Assembly: GCA_965248575.1 (NCBI GenBank)
Contig: CBDFJQ010000002.1
Span: 1,472,001 to 1,536,000 of the forward strand
Length of the DNA: 64,000 nucleotides
Direction of reading: 5' to 3'
Origin: Planctomycetota bacterium
GTDB lineage: Bacteria; Planctomycetota; B15-G4
Shown here: piece after piece, positions 9,883-20,633 of the stretch
How positions within the stretch are numbered: the first letter of the stretch is position 1
Layout of the letters: every line of letters starts with the position of its first letter
Notes under the pieces: model-generated
What the model was told of the DNA's origin: nothing
Databases searched by the model: none
Seen by the model: only the letters and a program-made list of their open reading frames with translations
Translations under genes and position numbers: made by a program

Positions 9883-12114
9883 TCAGGCGGCGCCGAGGCC
9901 GAACAACTCCCGGACCCGACGGGCGTCAGCCTCTGAAAGAGGGTCGCCCTTGAGCCAGAAGGCGACGCCTTGCGCCACGAGATCCCGGGGCTGGCTGCCG
10001 TAGCCTTCCAGGGCCCCGTCCACCCAGCCGTCCAGATCCAGGCTCGAGTCCTTCAACGCCTGCTGCAAGTCGGGCAGGAAGACCGAACCGAAGTGCACCT
10101 TCTGATCGAGTCCCAGGAGATTGCTCACCTGGGAGGCGCTGGGGGTGAGCTCGATACCCACACGCTCCAGTGTCAGGCGTTCGAAGGCCCGCCCCAGATC
10201 GTCGGCTTCCTTTTCGCAGCGCACCCGCTCCGCCTCCAACTCAGCGGGCTTGAGATCAGCCTTGGGTGTCCGACCGGGAACTTCGACGTAGATCTTGTTC
10301 TTTGGTTCGGTCCCGCTGGGGCGAATGACCAGTCGCGCATCGTTGTCGAGGGACAGCACCAACACGTTGCGCGCCGACGCGTCCGTACCCGACTTGAGCG
10401 GCCCCATGGCGCCCTCTTCGTCGGCCATGTCCTCGAAGGACACCACTTTGCGCCCGGCAACATCGGCAGGAGGGTCTGCACGCAAGCTGGCCTGGATAGC
10501 CCGGATCCGATCGAGCCCCGCCGCGCCTGTCATCACCGTGGTGAACAACTTGTTGGCCATGTAGCCGAAGCGCGCGTACAGCGCGTTCAGCTCGTCCAGC
10601 ATGGTGCGTCCCTCTGCGACCAGGACCGCGTTGAGTTCAGCCAAGACCAAGGCAGCGCCCGCCGCATCCTTGTCGCGCACCACGTGACTCAGCAAGAGCC
10701 CGTGGCTCTCCTCCACGCCCAACACGAACTTGTCGGGCTGAGCCTTGATGTCGCGCCAAGAGCCCGTCTCCTCCAGGCTCGCCAGGACTTCCGCCATGTA
10801 CTTGAAACCCACCAGCAGGTCGGGCACGACGCGACAGCCGTAGGAGCGCGCGATGGTGGTGGTGAGGCTCGACGTCACGAGCGTCTTGAGCAGGAAGGAC
10901 TGCTCCGGCAGTCGGCCAGAGTCCCGTCGCCTGTCCAACACGAAGCGTGTGACCAGAAAGACGATCTCGTCCCCCGACACGAAGCGCCAACGGCCATCCT
11001 TCTCGCGGACCTCCAGCCCGATCCTGTCAGCATCGGGGTCCGTCGCGAGGATGATGTCCGCATCGCACTGGTCAGCGATGGCCTCTGCCTGCTCGTAGCA
11101 GGTCGGCACCTCGGGGTTGGGGGCCAGGAACTTCACCGCCGGAAAGCCGCCGTCAAAGGCCTCCTGGGAAGGAACGGCCCGCACATCGAACCCCTCGGAA
11201 CGGAGCAGGCGCCCCACGGTCGAGGCCCCCGTGCCGTGCAAGGGGGTGAACACGATCCGGCCACCGCGTTGGTCCGGGGCCAGCGACAGCCGCCGGTTCA
11301 CGTTGAGATAGTGTTCGTTCTCCTCCGGGCCCAGCAGGGTGATCATCTCCTGTAGCAGCCCTTCATCGAAGGAGAGGCTCTGGACCTCCTGGATGCCCTC
11401 GACACGCCGCGCCAGGATCTCGTCAGCGGGGGGAACATCCTGCCCGCCATGGCGGTTGTAGAACTTGCCGCCATTGTCGTCCGGATGATTGTGCGAAGCG
11501 GACACGTTGAGCCCGCCGTGCGCCTTGCTGCGTCGGATCGCGAGGCTCAGCTCAGGTGTCGACATGTACTCACCACCACGCGGATCAAGCATGGACACGC
11601 GCACACGGTTGGCGCTGTAGACACCCGCCGCCAGAGCGGCAAAGTCGGCGGACGACATGCCCATCAGGGGGTTGGGCAACCCTGGGTCGTAGACGCAGCG
11701 CAAGTCGTTGTAGACGCGCACGTCGAAGGCAATCACCACGTGTACCTGCTCGCTGGGGTAACTCTCCTTCAGCGTCTCGGCGTGCCCTTGTACCGAGCTC
11801 AGCAGCGTCCAGGTGTTGAAGCGGTTCGGACCCAACCCCACCGCACCGCGCCGTCCGCCTGTCCCGAAGGGCATCACCTGCCAGAAGGCATCAAAGAGCG
11901 CCTCAAACTCTGCTCGCTCGATCTGGCGCTCCAGCTGAGGCCGCGCGGCCGCATAACGCTTGTCCGTGAGCCAGGGCTCCAGAGCGCTGAGGGCGCGCGC
12001 CCGGGCTGCCGGGTCGAAGTCGAGTTGGGAGAAGGCCTTGCGGGCCTCCTCGAGCGCTGAGCTCACGGATGCTCTCTCCGGAGGTTCCAATCGGGTCGCC
12101 GCAGTGTGGCCCAA
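9883..12114 (-). CDS. Phospho-sugar mutase (phosphoglucomutase/phosphomannomutase)
   Basis: FGTGGRRG, SASHN, DPDADR, EES and RPSGTEPK motifs; start uncertain (TTG). Confidence 0.92.
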   Translation of the reverse strand: MGHTAATRLEPPERASVSSALEEARKAFSQLDFDPAARARALSALEPWLTDKRYAAARPQLERQIERAEFEALFDAFWQVMPFGTGGRRGAVGLGPNRFNTWTLLSSVQGHAETLKESYPSEQVHVVIAFDVRVYNDLRCVYDPGLPNPLMGMSSADFAALAAGVYSANRVRVSMLDPRGGEYMSTPELSLAIRRSKAHGGLNVSASHNHPDDNGGKFYNRHGGQDVPPADEILARRVEGIQEVQSLSFDEGLLQEMITLLGPEENEHYLNVNRRLSLAPDQRGGRIVFTPLHGTGASTVGRLLRSEGFDVRAVPSQEAFDGGFPAVKFLAPNPEVPTCYEQAEAIADQCDADIILATDPDADRIGLEVREKDGRWRFVSGDEIVFLVTRFVLDRRRDSGRLPEQSFLLKTLVTSSLTTTIARSYGCRVVPDLLVGFKYMAEVLASLEETGSWRDIKAQPDKFVLGVEESHGLLLSHVVRDKDAAGAALVLAELNAVLVAEGRTMLDELNALYARFGYMANKLFTTVMTGAAGLDRIRAIQASLRADPPADVAGRKVVSFEDMADEEGAMGPLKSGTDASARNVLVLSLDNDARLVIRPSGTEPKNKIYVEVPGRTPKADLKPAELEAERVRCEKEADDLGRAFERLTLERVGIELTPSASQVSNLLGLDQKVHFGSVFLPDLQQALKDSSLDLDGWVDGALEGYGSQPRDLVAQGVAFWLKGDPLSEADARRVRELFGLGAA

Positions 12115-12192
12115 GGAAACCCCGATTCAAGCGAGGGCCGGGCGAAATGCGCCCTGATCTGGCCACGCTGAGCGCGGGCTGGGACCGGGGCC

Positions 12193-13113
12193 CTATCCGA
12201 ACTTGAAGAGAGCGCGCATCACGTGCATGGCGATCTCCGGATTGGCCTTCAAGCGTCGCTGCGTGTAGGCGTGCCAATCCCGACCATAGGGCACGTAGAT
12301 GCGCACCCGGTGTCCCGCGTCCCGGAGCCGCACGGCCTCGAGCTTGCGCACCCCCATCAGCAGCTGGAACTCGTAGCGCCGCGTGCTTGGCTCACCCTCG
12401 ACAAGGCCGATGGCGCGGGCCAGGTCGACGCAGCTGTCAGCCAGGGGCGTGTCATGGGTAGCGAAGCTCACCGAGGCCCCGCCGGCCAGGAGCTGTTCGG
12501 CGAGTTGCAGATAGCTCTTCGAGATGTCCTCGGGCTCAGTCCAAGCGATCTCGGCTGGTTCCAGGTAGATGCCCTTCACCAGGCGCACGTCCAACCCGTC
12601 GACATCCGCCAACAAAGCCTCCACGTCCGCCGCCGTACGAAACAGCCGCGCTTGAAGTACACAGCCCAGGTTGTCGAACCGTGACCTCACCGCCCTGAAG
12701 ACCTCGAGCGTGACATCGATGGTGGGAGCGTCCTCCATCTCGAGCCGGACGCGCCGACCCTGTTCGCTAGCCCGGCGGCACAACCCGGACAGCAGCTCGA
12801 TACACTCCTGCTTGTCGAGCGTGGCGCCCAGGTGCGTCGGCTTCACGGACACCGTTGCATCCGGATCGATGGCGGGCAACTCGTCGAGGGCGCGGCCGTA
12901 CTCGGCTGCGGCCTCCCGCGCTTCATCCATGTCGGCCACGGCTTCGCCCAACACGTCGAGAATCGCACCGAAGCCATCCGCCTTCACGAGTTCGATGCGG
13001 TGCAACGCGGCCGACAGCTCGGCACCTGCGACGTAACGCCGCGCGACAGTCCAGATGATGGGCTTCGGGATGAGCGGCAGCGAAAGACGCACCAACTGGT
13101 TCAAGATGCTCAT
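12193..13113 (-). CDS. Monofunctional proline dehydrogenase
   Basis: RRYVAG, SVKPTHLG, VRLVKGIY, ATHD, YEFQLLMG and YVPYGRDWHAYTQRRL motifs; start trimmed to ATG 13113. Confidence 0.92.
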   Translation of the reverse strand: MSILNQLVRLSLPLIPKPIIWTVARRYVAGAELSAALHRIELVKADGFGAILDVLGEAVADMDEAREAAAEYGRALDELPAIDPDATVSVKPTHLGATLDKQECIELLSGLCRRASEQGRRVRLEMEDAPTIDVTLEVFRAVRSRFDNLGCVLQARLFRTAADVEALLADVDGLDVRLVKGIYLEPAEIAWTEPEDISKSYLQLAEQLLAGGASVSFATHDTPLADSCVDLARAIGLVEGEPSTRRYEFQLLMGVRKLEAVRLRDAGHRVRIYVPYGRDWHAYTQRRLKANPEIAMHVMRALFKFG

Positions 13114-13129
13114 GCAGCTGCCACTCGCC

Positions 13130-13891
13130 TTACTTGCCGATCTCGAGCCGCGCAGCGCAGAGATCCGGGATGTTCGGATTGTCGTAGATCTTCCGCTGCA
13201 CCGTGGCGATGTCGTAGTCGGTGCGCAGGAAGCGGATCTCGTGCCCGTCGACGATGACGCAAGATGCGCGAGGGTCGCCGTCCCGAGGCTGCCCCACCGA
13301 ACCGACGTTGACGATCGCCTTGGCGCTGCCGTCCCACTCGAAGTGGTAGTCCAGCTGGGAAGGGTCCCGGAACTGCAAGTCCTCGGTGAACACACCGGGG
13401 AAGTGCGTGTGGCCCACGAAGCACAGCCCGTCGAGGTGGTCGAAGATATCGCGCACCTTGTCGGGGATGAAGATCACGTCGGTCTTCATGATGTACTCGT
13501 GGATGGGGTCGCGCGGTGACCCATGGACCAGCAGGTACTCACCCATCTGATGTCGCGCCGGCAGGCTCTCGATGAACTTCCAGCGGGAGCGTTTCAGCGA
13601 GCTGGACAGCAGGGAGGGCTTCAGGGTGCGGCGGTTGTATTCGATGACCTGGCGAGCCACGGGATTGAAGTCCTGCGCCCCACGCAAGAGCGCTTCATCA
13701 TGGTTGCCACACAACGTCAGATCACAGTGGCGCATGACCAGATCGATGCAGTGCTCGGGGTCGGGTCCGTAGCCCACCACATCGCCGAGGCAGACCACGG
13801 ATTCCACGCCTTCCTTCTCCAACCTCGAGAGCACTGCACCGAGCGCCTCGGTGTTGGAGTGCAGGTCGGAGATGATGGCGAAGCGCGTCAT
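13130..13891 (-). CDS. Calcineurin-like metallophosphoesterase
   Basis: SDLHSN, LGDVVGYG, GNHD, HGSP, GHTH and NVGSVGQPRDGDPRAS motifs; start ATG 13891. Confidence 0.93.
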   Translation of the reverse strand: MTRFAIISDLHSNTEALGAVLSRLEKEGVESVVCLGDVVGYGPDPEHCIDLVMRHCDLTLCGNHDEALLRGAQDFNPVARQVIEYNRRTLKPSLLSSSLKRSRWKFIESLPARHQMGEYLLVHGSPRDPIHEYIMKTDVIFIPDKVRDIFDHLDGLCFVGHTHFPGVFTEDLQFRDPSQLDYHFEWDGSAKAIVNVGSVGQPRDGDPRASCVIVDGHEIRFLRTDYDIATVQRKIYDNPNIPDLCAARLEIGK

Positions 13892-13892
13892 C

Positions 13893-14897
13893 TCAGGATC
13901 TTCCCACGATCCGGCGCAAGACGCCCACCATGTCTCTGCGGAGTTGCTCGGCTTCCTCCGCAGGCAGGGTTGTCCCCGCGGCATAGACGTGGCCACCGCC
14001 GCCAAACTGGCGAGCGACCCCGTTCATGTCGAGATTCCCCCGGGAGCGCAGGCTGACGGAGACCCGCCCATCCTCCAATTCCGTGAAGAGAGCCACGACA
14101 GAGACACCCTCTCCGGAGCGCAACACGTCGAGGATGGGGTCGGACTCGTAGCGCTCGACCCCCAGGTCCGTGATGAACTCGCGGCGGACCAGGGCCCACA
14201 CGAAGCGCCCGCCACACTCCTCATGCACGGTGCGTGCCACATGCCCCAGCACCCGCAGCAACGGCATGCTGTTGGACTGGTAGATGGAGCGGTACATGGC
14301 GGGCAAGTCGAGCCGGTGTTCGGCCAACTCTGCCACCAGCGCCATCACATCTCCGCTGGTGTTTGGGTAGCGGAACCAACCCGTGTCCGTGGACAAGGAC
14401 ACGAACACACTCTCGGCGATCTCGCGATCGATCCGCCCACCGACATGCTTGATGTAGTCGAACACCAGGCGCCCGGTGGCGGTTGCGGAGGAGTCCAGCA
14501 GGTTGAGGTCTGCGGGCCCGTCCCCTTCGCAAGGATGGTGGTCAAAGCAGACCTTGGTCCCGGTGACGTGTTCTGCCGGCTCGGTGAGTGGCCCCAGGCG
14601 TCCGAGTGATGACAGGTCGCACATGACGAAGACGTCCGCGGACTCCACCAACTCCCGGTGCTTCTGTGGGTCGTAGACCTCGTAGTTCCGGCCGAACTCC
14701 ATGAAGTCGTAGCGCGGGCTCAGGGGTTCCGAGAGCAACGCCGTGACCTTCGTACCCTGGATCTCCAAATGGCGACGGAGCGCAGCCACCGCGCCGACTG
14801 CGTCGCCATCGGCATTCTCGTGGCCCGTCACCACCACGGACTCCGCGCTGGAAAGGAGTTCCTGGAACTGATCGAAGCGCTCAGAGAGGGCATTCAT
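13893..14897 (-). CDS. nrnA: DHH/DHHA1 phosphoesterase (NrnA-like oligoribonuclease/pAp phosphatase)
   Basis: HENADGDA, DHH, TDTGWF, SLRS and GGGGH motifs; start ATG 14897. Confidence 0.88.
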   Translation of the reverse strand: MNALSERFDQFQELLSSAESVVVTGHENADGDAVGAVAALRRHLEIQGTKVTALLSEPLSPRYDFMEFGRNYEVYDPQKHRELVESADVFVMCDLSSLGRLGPLTEPAEHVTGTKVCFDHHPCEGDGPADLNLLDSSATATGRLVFDYIKHVGGRIDREIAESVFVSLSTDTGWFRYPNTSGDVMALVAELAEHRLDLPAMYRSIYQSNSMPLLRVLGHVARTVHEECGGRFVWALVRREFITDLGVERYESDPILDVLRSGEGVSVVALFTELEDGRVSVSLRSRGNLDMNGVARQFGGGGHVYAAGTTLPAEEAEQLRRDMVGVLRRIVGRS

Positions 14898-14907
14898 GCG
14901 GCGAAAA

Positions 14908-16191
14908 CTAGCCCTGGGGTGACAGCGAGTCAAGGTGCCCGACGAGTCGCTCTGATGACTCCCCGGGCGCTTGGCGCACCCGGCCTCCGTGAATGGTGCA
15001 CTGCACGGCCCCTTCTCCGGTCCAGATCCACTCCGCTAGAGCATCGGAACCCATGCGTCCCAGCTCTTCAGGGCACGGGCCGAGGATGCACGCATCCGCC
15101 GAGGATCCGACACTCCAGGCAGCCGGGCCCTCAGGAAGATGCAGGGCCATCCGCCCTCCGATGGTCGCCCCCTGCAGCAGGAGTTGCGGCGGAATGTCAG
15201 GGCGGTCCCGGGCCAAGCGACACAGCTCGGAATGGAGATCCACCCCTTGATTGCTCGCGCCGGAGTCCGTGCCAAAGGCCACCACCACGCCGGCCTCGAC
15301 GAGCTCCAGCAACCGATGCGCGGGACGATCGAAATGGCGGTGGGTTCCGTGGCAGTACACCACCGCCGCGCGATGCTTGGACAGGTGCCCGATGTCTTCA
15401 TCGTCGAGATCGTTGCCGTGGATCACCAGCGCACCAGCAGACAGCAGCCCGGCGCGCTCGGCGTAGGCGATGGGCCGCAGGCCCGGCGCATGCGCGAACG
15501 GGGCACCCCTTCCGATGGATTCGAGCAGCTTGAGGAAGGGCCCGTCGCCGTGGGTCAGGTAGCGCGTCTCCTCTTCCGACTCCGCGAGGTGCATCGCGAG
15601 CGGCAGGCCACGCGCCGCAGCGGCCTTGACGATCTCCGGCAAGACCTGCTCGTGGACGGAATAGGGTGCGTGCGGCGACAGCCCCAACTCCTCGGACCCG
15701 CGCCCGAGCGTGTCCACATGGCGCAAGGTCTGGGCCAGGCGAGCCCGAGCGGACTCGGCATTCACGCCCACGATTTCCAGGTAGCTCCGTCCCGCCAGCC
15801 GCGCCCTGCGTCGGCCGCGCGTGCCCTTTCCGGCCGAGCCGTCAATATCACCGGCTGCCGTCACGCCCCCCACCGCCAGCTGGTCAGCTTCCCCGGCTGC
15901 CGTGTCGACAATGTCTCGCTCGACGCCGCGCAAGCCACCGATGCGCATGAGCCAATCAGGGAACGACCCAGCAGCGTCGACGGGACCGGACCCCGCAAGA
16001 TCCAGATGCGAATGGGCGTTCACGAGACCTGGGATCAGGACGACGTCCAGGACCTCGTCGCCCGGCGCGGCTGCACGCCAGGCGCTGGTCCGGCCAGCCT
16101 CGATCTCCCAGACCATGTCCCTTCTCAGCTCAAGCCGCCCCCCCTCGACGTGCAAGGTCGCGGCAACACCGAAGGACGCGCGGCCCGGCAT
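14908..16191 (-). CDS. Amidohydrolase family protein (deaminase-like)
   Basis: PGLVNAHSHL, SPHAPYSV, MHLAESEEE, IHGN and FGTDS motifs. Confidence 0.9.
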   Translation of the reverse strand: MPGRASFGVAATLHVEGGRLELRRDMVWEIEAGRTSAWRAAAPGDEVLDVVLIPGLVNAHSHLDLAGSGPVDAAGSFPDWLMRIGGLRGVERDIVDTAAGEADQLAVGGVTAAGDIDGSAGKGTRGRRRARLAGRSYLEIVGVNAESARARLAQTLRHVDTLGRGSEELGLSPHAPYSVHEQVLPEIVKAAAARGLPLAMHLAESEEETRYLTHGDGPFLKLLESIGRGAPFAHAPGLRPIAYAERAGLLSAGALVIHGNDLDDEDIGHLSKHRAAVVYCHGTHRHFDRPAHRLLELVEAGVVVAFGTDSGASNQGVDLHSELCRLARDRPDIPPQLLLQGATIGGRMALHLPEGPAAWSVGSSADACILGPCPEELGRMGSDALAEWIWTGEGAVQCTIHGGRVRQAPGESSERLVGHLDSLSPQG

Positions 16192-16193
16192 GC

Positions 16194-19100
16194 CTAGAAG
16201 GCGGCGTTGCGAAGGGTCAGGTTCAGGGAGTCCACGCTGACCAGGCTGAAGCTGACGCTGCCAGAGGTGTGCAACTCGTCCACGAACTCCCCGTCGATCT
16301 TGACCCGGAAGCGCAGGTAGGTCTTGCCGTCCGCGATCGAGCGCGCCACATCGGGCAGGGCCACGACGCTATCGGGCAGATCGAGGTCGGCGCCGAACAG
16401 GCTCACGCTCGCCGGGTCGACTTCGACCCGCGATGTCACCGTCGAATCCGTCGAGCGCAGGATGTGCAGGGAGGTGCCATCAAACGCGACGGCAGATGGC
16501 ACGACACGTAACCCCACATCCACCAGTCGAGCGAGGCCGTGAACGCCGTCTGTGGAAACACCCTCCATCCCAACCGCGACACTGAATTGGATCAGCTGGC
16601 TGGTCAGCGGGTCCACAGCCCAGACGGTCTCGGTCAGCGCGTCATAGGCCATGCCCGTGTACTCGATCTGTTGAAACTCGCCGTTGCGCTGGACCTTGAA
16701 CAAGTCGGTAGGAGTAGCCGGCCGGTAGTCGGTGGTTTCGGGCGTGCCAGCAGCGGGGTCGCTGGTCGGGAAGCTCGCGATGAGATCGTCCCGGTTCGAG
16801 GCGATCAGCAAGCGGTCATCTGCAGGAACCGCGCCGGGCACGAAGGTCATCGCCCCTTCCAGCGGGGCGGGCAGGAAGATCGTGCGCTGGAAGAGTCCCG
16901 TCGTGCGGTTGAACACATGGACACGACCTTGACCGCGCTCCAACAGATAGAGCTCGCTGACTGTCCCTCCCACCGTCATCGAGACGATGTCGAGCTCACC
17001 TCCTCCAACGGAAGGAATGTCAGGAAGCGCGAGGTCCGTGGCCCCCATGAGGTCCGTCACCAGACTGGTGGACTCGCCCACGCTGTACAGCAGCGCGGCC
17101 GCGTCTGCGTCGTACGCAAAACCCGCACGGCCCGAGAAGAGGTCCGACACCTCGTAGTAGGTCGGCGACGCGCCATCGACATCCAGCAAGCCGTTGATGT
17201 CGACCTCGGTAGGGTTGAACAAGAACTGGAAAGGCGGGCGCTCAAAACTGCCCGCGCCACCGTCCGGCCCGCCTTCGTCGAAGGTCCAGACCAGATCGGT
17301 CTCGGGCACGTCATCGCCGTCGGTGTCGGCCGCATAGGCGACGCTGAGCGACTCGAACTCGGGGTTGGCGAGGCCCGAGTTGTAGAAACGACTCTCACCG
17401 ACGGAACGCGGTGAGCCCACCAGGCGACCGACGTTCTCGCCGGTGATCTGTGGATCGGTGAAGCCCAGGAAGCTGCCGGGGTTCAGGTTGTCCGCCGTGT
17501 TTTCGAACCGGATCCAGCCCGAACCGCCATCACCACCACGACCGAAGCCCTCGTCCCCGCCACCGAAACCTCCGCGTGCCTCCAGGGAGGCGCCCGCGAA
17601 CAGCTTGAAGCCCGTGCCAGCTCGCAGTGTCATGAGCCCCGCGGAACCACCGCCGCCACCCGAGTAGGTCGCCACGGGGGCATCCAGCTCGCCGCCGTCG
17701 CCGCCGTTCACCGACAGCATCGAGGTTGCTCGGACCGTGATGAATTCGGCGCATTCCAACTCGAGTGCACCTCCACCGGACCCGCCGCCCGACCCCGGAG
17801 AGACCAGAGGTAGGTTCATGGCGGAAGCGTTGAGCGTGCCAGAGATGGAGACGCCGCTGCCACCACCGCCTGCGCCGCCCAGTCCTTCGCGGGGCAACAG
17901 GAGGAAGTTCACATCCGCCCCCATGGACAGGCCTGGCCCCGAAGCACCGGCCGGGCCCGAGAGCAGTCCGATATCCACACCGAACGACTCGACCCGCTTC
18001 ACGGTGAAGGTCATCCCCGCCAGCGACTCCACTTCGAACGCCCATCCGTCGGACGGCGTGTTGACCAGGAGCTGTGAGCCCACGAGATCCATGGGGTCCA
18101 GATCCGCAAGGAGTGTGCCTTGGCTCTGGCTCACCCAATCGAACTCCGTGTCGCTCATGGCGCGTCCTACTCCGCGCACTGCACCCAAGCCAGGCGCTCC
18201 ACCGGACGAGTCATCGAGGGCGACGCCCCCGAAGCCCTTGCCCCGTTGGTTGTCAGCGGGGTCTGAATCCGGACCGCTGGAGCCGCCCTGCACACCATCA
18301 GTCAAACCGCCACCACCTCCGCCACCACCGCCTGTCGTCGTGACACCGGGAGCATCGTTAACGACCACAAACGGATCGGCACCGGGTGCCCCACGAGCAA
18401 AGCCTGAGGGGTCCTGGCCCGGGTAACCACGCAAGCGGCCCACCAGATAGGCGTCCCCCGCAGCGGCGATCGGAGCAAAGCCATTGCCGATGTTCTTGGA
18501 GGCCACGTTCATGGACCCACCCGATGCATCGTCGATGGTGATCGTCGACTCACCGGCCAGCACGGTCACATCGGTGACCGTGAACGAGGGGTGGTTCTCA
18601 TCGATGAACTGATTCTGGGTGCCCGCGTTCTTCAGGTCCGAGGAGCCCACGCCCAGGTTGGGCTGCAGCAGGATCTCACCCGCCAGGAGCTGAGCGTGGA
18701 GCGTCGGGTCTCCACCCAGACCCAGCATGGGGTCGGTGAGAACGGAGAGGTCGGTGGCCGCGTCGGCGAGGGTGTTCGGAGTGAGTGTCGAACTCCGGCC
18801 GGTGGCTCCCCGCAGACGGGGATCCGCCGCTTCGAAGGGCGTGCCCTGGGCAGAAACCGCGGGCGACACCAGGTTCAGGAGGGAGAGGTCCTCCAAGCCA
18901 TCGGCGTCCGTGTCCACGGCCAGCAAGACATCACCGCCATCCCCGCCAGGGCCCGCAGCGCCGAAGGGCTGTCCGCCCCGTCCGCCCTGGCCCAGATAGG
19001 CCGCGTAGGCGGCGTCCCCTGGATTCGCTGGTAGGAGTTTCACCTCGCCTGCGATGCCCTCGGCCAGCACGTCGCCAGCGAGGTCGATATCAGAAGTCGC

Positions 19101-20555
19101 GCGCACCACGAGCGGTGCCGGGAAGCCGTCCAGCGGGTGGCCGGGGCTCTGCACCATGAACTCGTCGACGTCTTCCATGCCGTCGCCGTCCCTATCCGTC
19201 AGCACGGCCAACGTCCAGCCCACGGGGAGCAGGACCCGACGAAACTCCCAGCTGCGGGGTGCGAAGATGCCGGGCTCCATTTCGCCCACTGTCGGGATGA
19301 AGATGATCTGTTGGTCGAAGTCGATCACCGTTTCCACGGGAATGTCCGTGGTACCGGGATCAGCAGCCGTTCCTGAAGCGTCGACCACCAGATTGCGGTC
19401 GCCGCCCAGGCCACCCGCCAGGCCCGTGGTGAGTTCACCCAAGGGGCTTGCCCAGGCCGCCGAGCTACCGGACACGCTCTCCTGCGCCTGGGTGTCAAAG
19501 TCCTCCGTCACCAGGTAGGAGAGCGGATCCACGCCAGCGAGCGTGTTGACGGGGGATGACAACAGCGGAGTGAAGTCGCCCGTGAGGGACAACTTCGAGT
19601 TGCCCGCGAGATCCTCGACGCTCGAGTTCACCTCGACCAACAGGAAGCCGCCCGGCGGCAGAGCCGTGAGGTCTGAGCGCCAGCGCACGATGGTCAGGTC
19701 GCCCTGTTGGTGGAGGAAGCTGAGTGTCGCGGGAGTCACGATCGGCACGAAGTCCCCACCCGTCCCCGTGTTGATCAGCACCCGGATGGAAGGGCTCGAG
19801 CCGTCCACCGAGTTGAAGACCGAAGAGGGAATCACGGCGTCATCAAAGATGAAGACCAGGTCGCGAATGGGGCTGAACGGCACGGTCAGCAGGACGCCCT
19901 CCTGAAGTTCCACCTCTCCGGTGAAGAAGTCCAGCGCATCGTCCACCAGGTTCAGGTCGCTGTCGTTGTCCAGCACCTCGTCGATGACGGTGTTCGTGGT
20001 GTCATCCACGAAGAAGGACCGCACCATGGGGAAGCCGGGCTTCGAGTCCAGCGCCTTGGTCGGCGTCCTGAAGAAGAACGACGCCGTGGAGTTGGTCATG
20101 GGCGCACCGTTCACGGAGAGCAGGCTCGCCCCCACATCCGGGTCCGCGAAACTGATCTCGTAGAGAGCGCTGGCAACAAACCCGAAGGTCACGTTCTGCG
20201 AATCAAACTCCAGCGTCGGCGTGATCAACACCCGCTTGTCGTCGACCGAGTAGGTGACCGACGCCTGCAGACCGCCGGGGGCAGTCGACTGCCCACTCGA
20301 GTCACTGACGGTCACCAGCCCGACCGTCGCCTCGTTCACCGTGGCTGCGTCCACCGCCTTGGTGAAGGACAGCACCACGGTCTGGTTCAGGCCGGCCAGG
20401 GACGCCCCGAAGGGCCCCGAGACGACACCAAAGCCCTTGACGCCATTCTTATTGCCGCCACCGCCGCCGCCACTACCGCCACCTCCTCCACAGGACGTGA
20501 GCAGTGCAGCGGCCAGAATCAGGAAAGAGACCGAAAGACGTCGGGTGGGAGCCAT
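16194..20555 (-). CDS. Giant lipoprotein (about 1453 aa) with Ig-like, glycine-rich and propeller-like regions
   Basis: Lipobox LLTS-C followed by poly-Gly; Ig-like motif NQTVVLSFTKAVDAATV; Gly-rich repeats; DxDxDG loops. Start trimmed to ATG 20555 (MAPTRR). Confidence 0.85.
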   Translation of the reverse strand: MAPTRRLSVSFLILAAALLTSCGGGGGSGGGGGGNKNGVKGFGVVSGPFGASLAGLNQTVVLSFTKAVDAATVNEATVGLVTVSDSSGQSTAPGGLQASVTYSVDDKRVLITPTLEFDSQNVTFGFVASALYEISFADPDVGASLLSVNGAPMTNSTASFFFRTPTKALDSKPGFPMVRSFFVDDTTNTVIDEVLDNDSDLNLVDDALDFFTGEVELQEGVLLTVPFSPIRDLVFIFDDAVIPSSVFNSVDGSSPSIRVLINTGTGGDFVPIVTPATLSFLHQQGDLTIVRWRSDLTALPPGGFLLVEVNSSVEDLAGNSKLSLTGDFTPLLSSPVNTLAGVDPLSYLVTEDFDTQAQESVSGSSAAWASPLGELTTGLAGGLGGDRNLVVDASGTAADPGTTDIPVETVIDFDQQIIFIPTVGEMEPGIFAPRSWEFRRVLLPVGWTLAVLTDRDGDGMEDVDEFMVQSPGHPLDGFPAPLVVRATSDIDLAGDVLAEGIAGEVKLLPANPGDAAYAAYLGQGGRGGQPFGAAGPGGDGGDVLLAVDTDADGLEDLSLLNLVSPAVSAQGTPFEAADPRLRGATGRSSTLTPNTLADAATDLSVLTDPMLGLGGDPTLHAQLLAGEILLQPNLGVGSSDLKNAGTQNQFIDENHPSFTVTDVTVLAGESTITIDDASGGSMNVASKNIGNGFAPIAAAGDAYLVGRLRGYPGQDPSGFARGAPGADPFVVVNDAPGVTTTGGGGGGGGGLTDGVQGGSSGPDSDPADNQRGKGFGGVALDDSSGGAPGLGAVRGVGRAMSDTEFDWVSQSQGTLLADLDPMDLVGSQLLVNTPSDGWAFEVESLAGMTFTVKRVESFGVDIGLLSGPAGASGPGLSMGADVNFLLLPREGLGGAGGGGSGVSISGTLNASAMNLPLVSPGSGGGSGGGALELECAEFITVRATSMLSVNGGDGGELDAPVATYSGGGGGSAGLMTLRAGTGFKLFAGASLEARGGFGGGDEGFGRGGDGGSGWIRFENTADNLNPGSFLGFTDPQITGENVGRLVGSPRSVGESRFYNSGLANPEFESLSVAYAADTDGDDVPETDLVWTFDEGGPDGGAGSFERPPFQFLFNPTEVDINGLLDVDGASPTYYEVSDLFSGRAGFAYDADAAALLYSVGESTSLVTDLMGATDLALPDIPSVGGGELDIVSMTVGGTVSELYLLERGQGRVHVFNRTTGLFQRTIFLPAPLEGAMTFVPGAVPADDRLLIASNRDDLIASFPTSDPAAGTPETTDYRPATPTDLFKVQRNGEFQQIEYTGMAYDALTETVWAVDPLTSQLIQFSVAVGMEGVSTDGVHGLARLVDVGLRVVPSAVAFDGTSLHILRSTDSTVTSRVEVDPASVSLFGADLDLPDSVVALPDVARSIADGKTYLRFRVKIDGEFVDELHTSGSVSFSLVSVDSLNLTLRNAAF

Positions 20556-20618
20556 GGCGGGGTCGTCGAGAATCTCGGGGACGGCGCGTGAGCGGGTCTG
20601 GAAGCTGCGATCGGGGCC

Positions 20619-20633
20619 GCAACTTTCAAGCCA
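20619..20633 (-). promoter_or_regulatory. Putative sigma54 (-24/-12) promoter TGGCTTGAAAGTTGC
   Basis: GG-N10-GC with TGGC and TTGC cores, about 65 nt upstream of ATG 20555. Confidence 0.4.
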
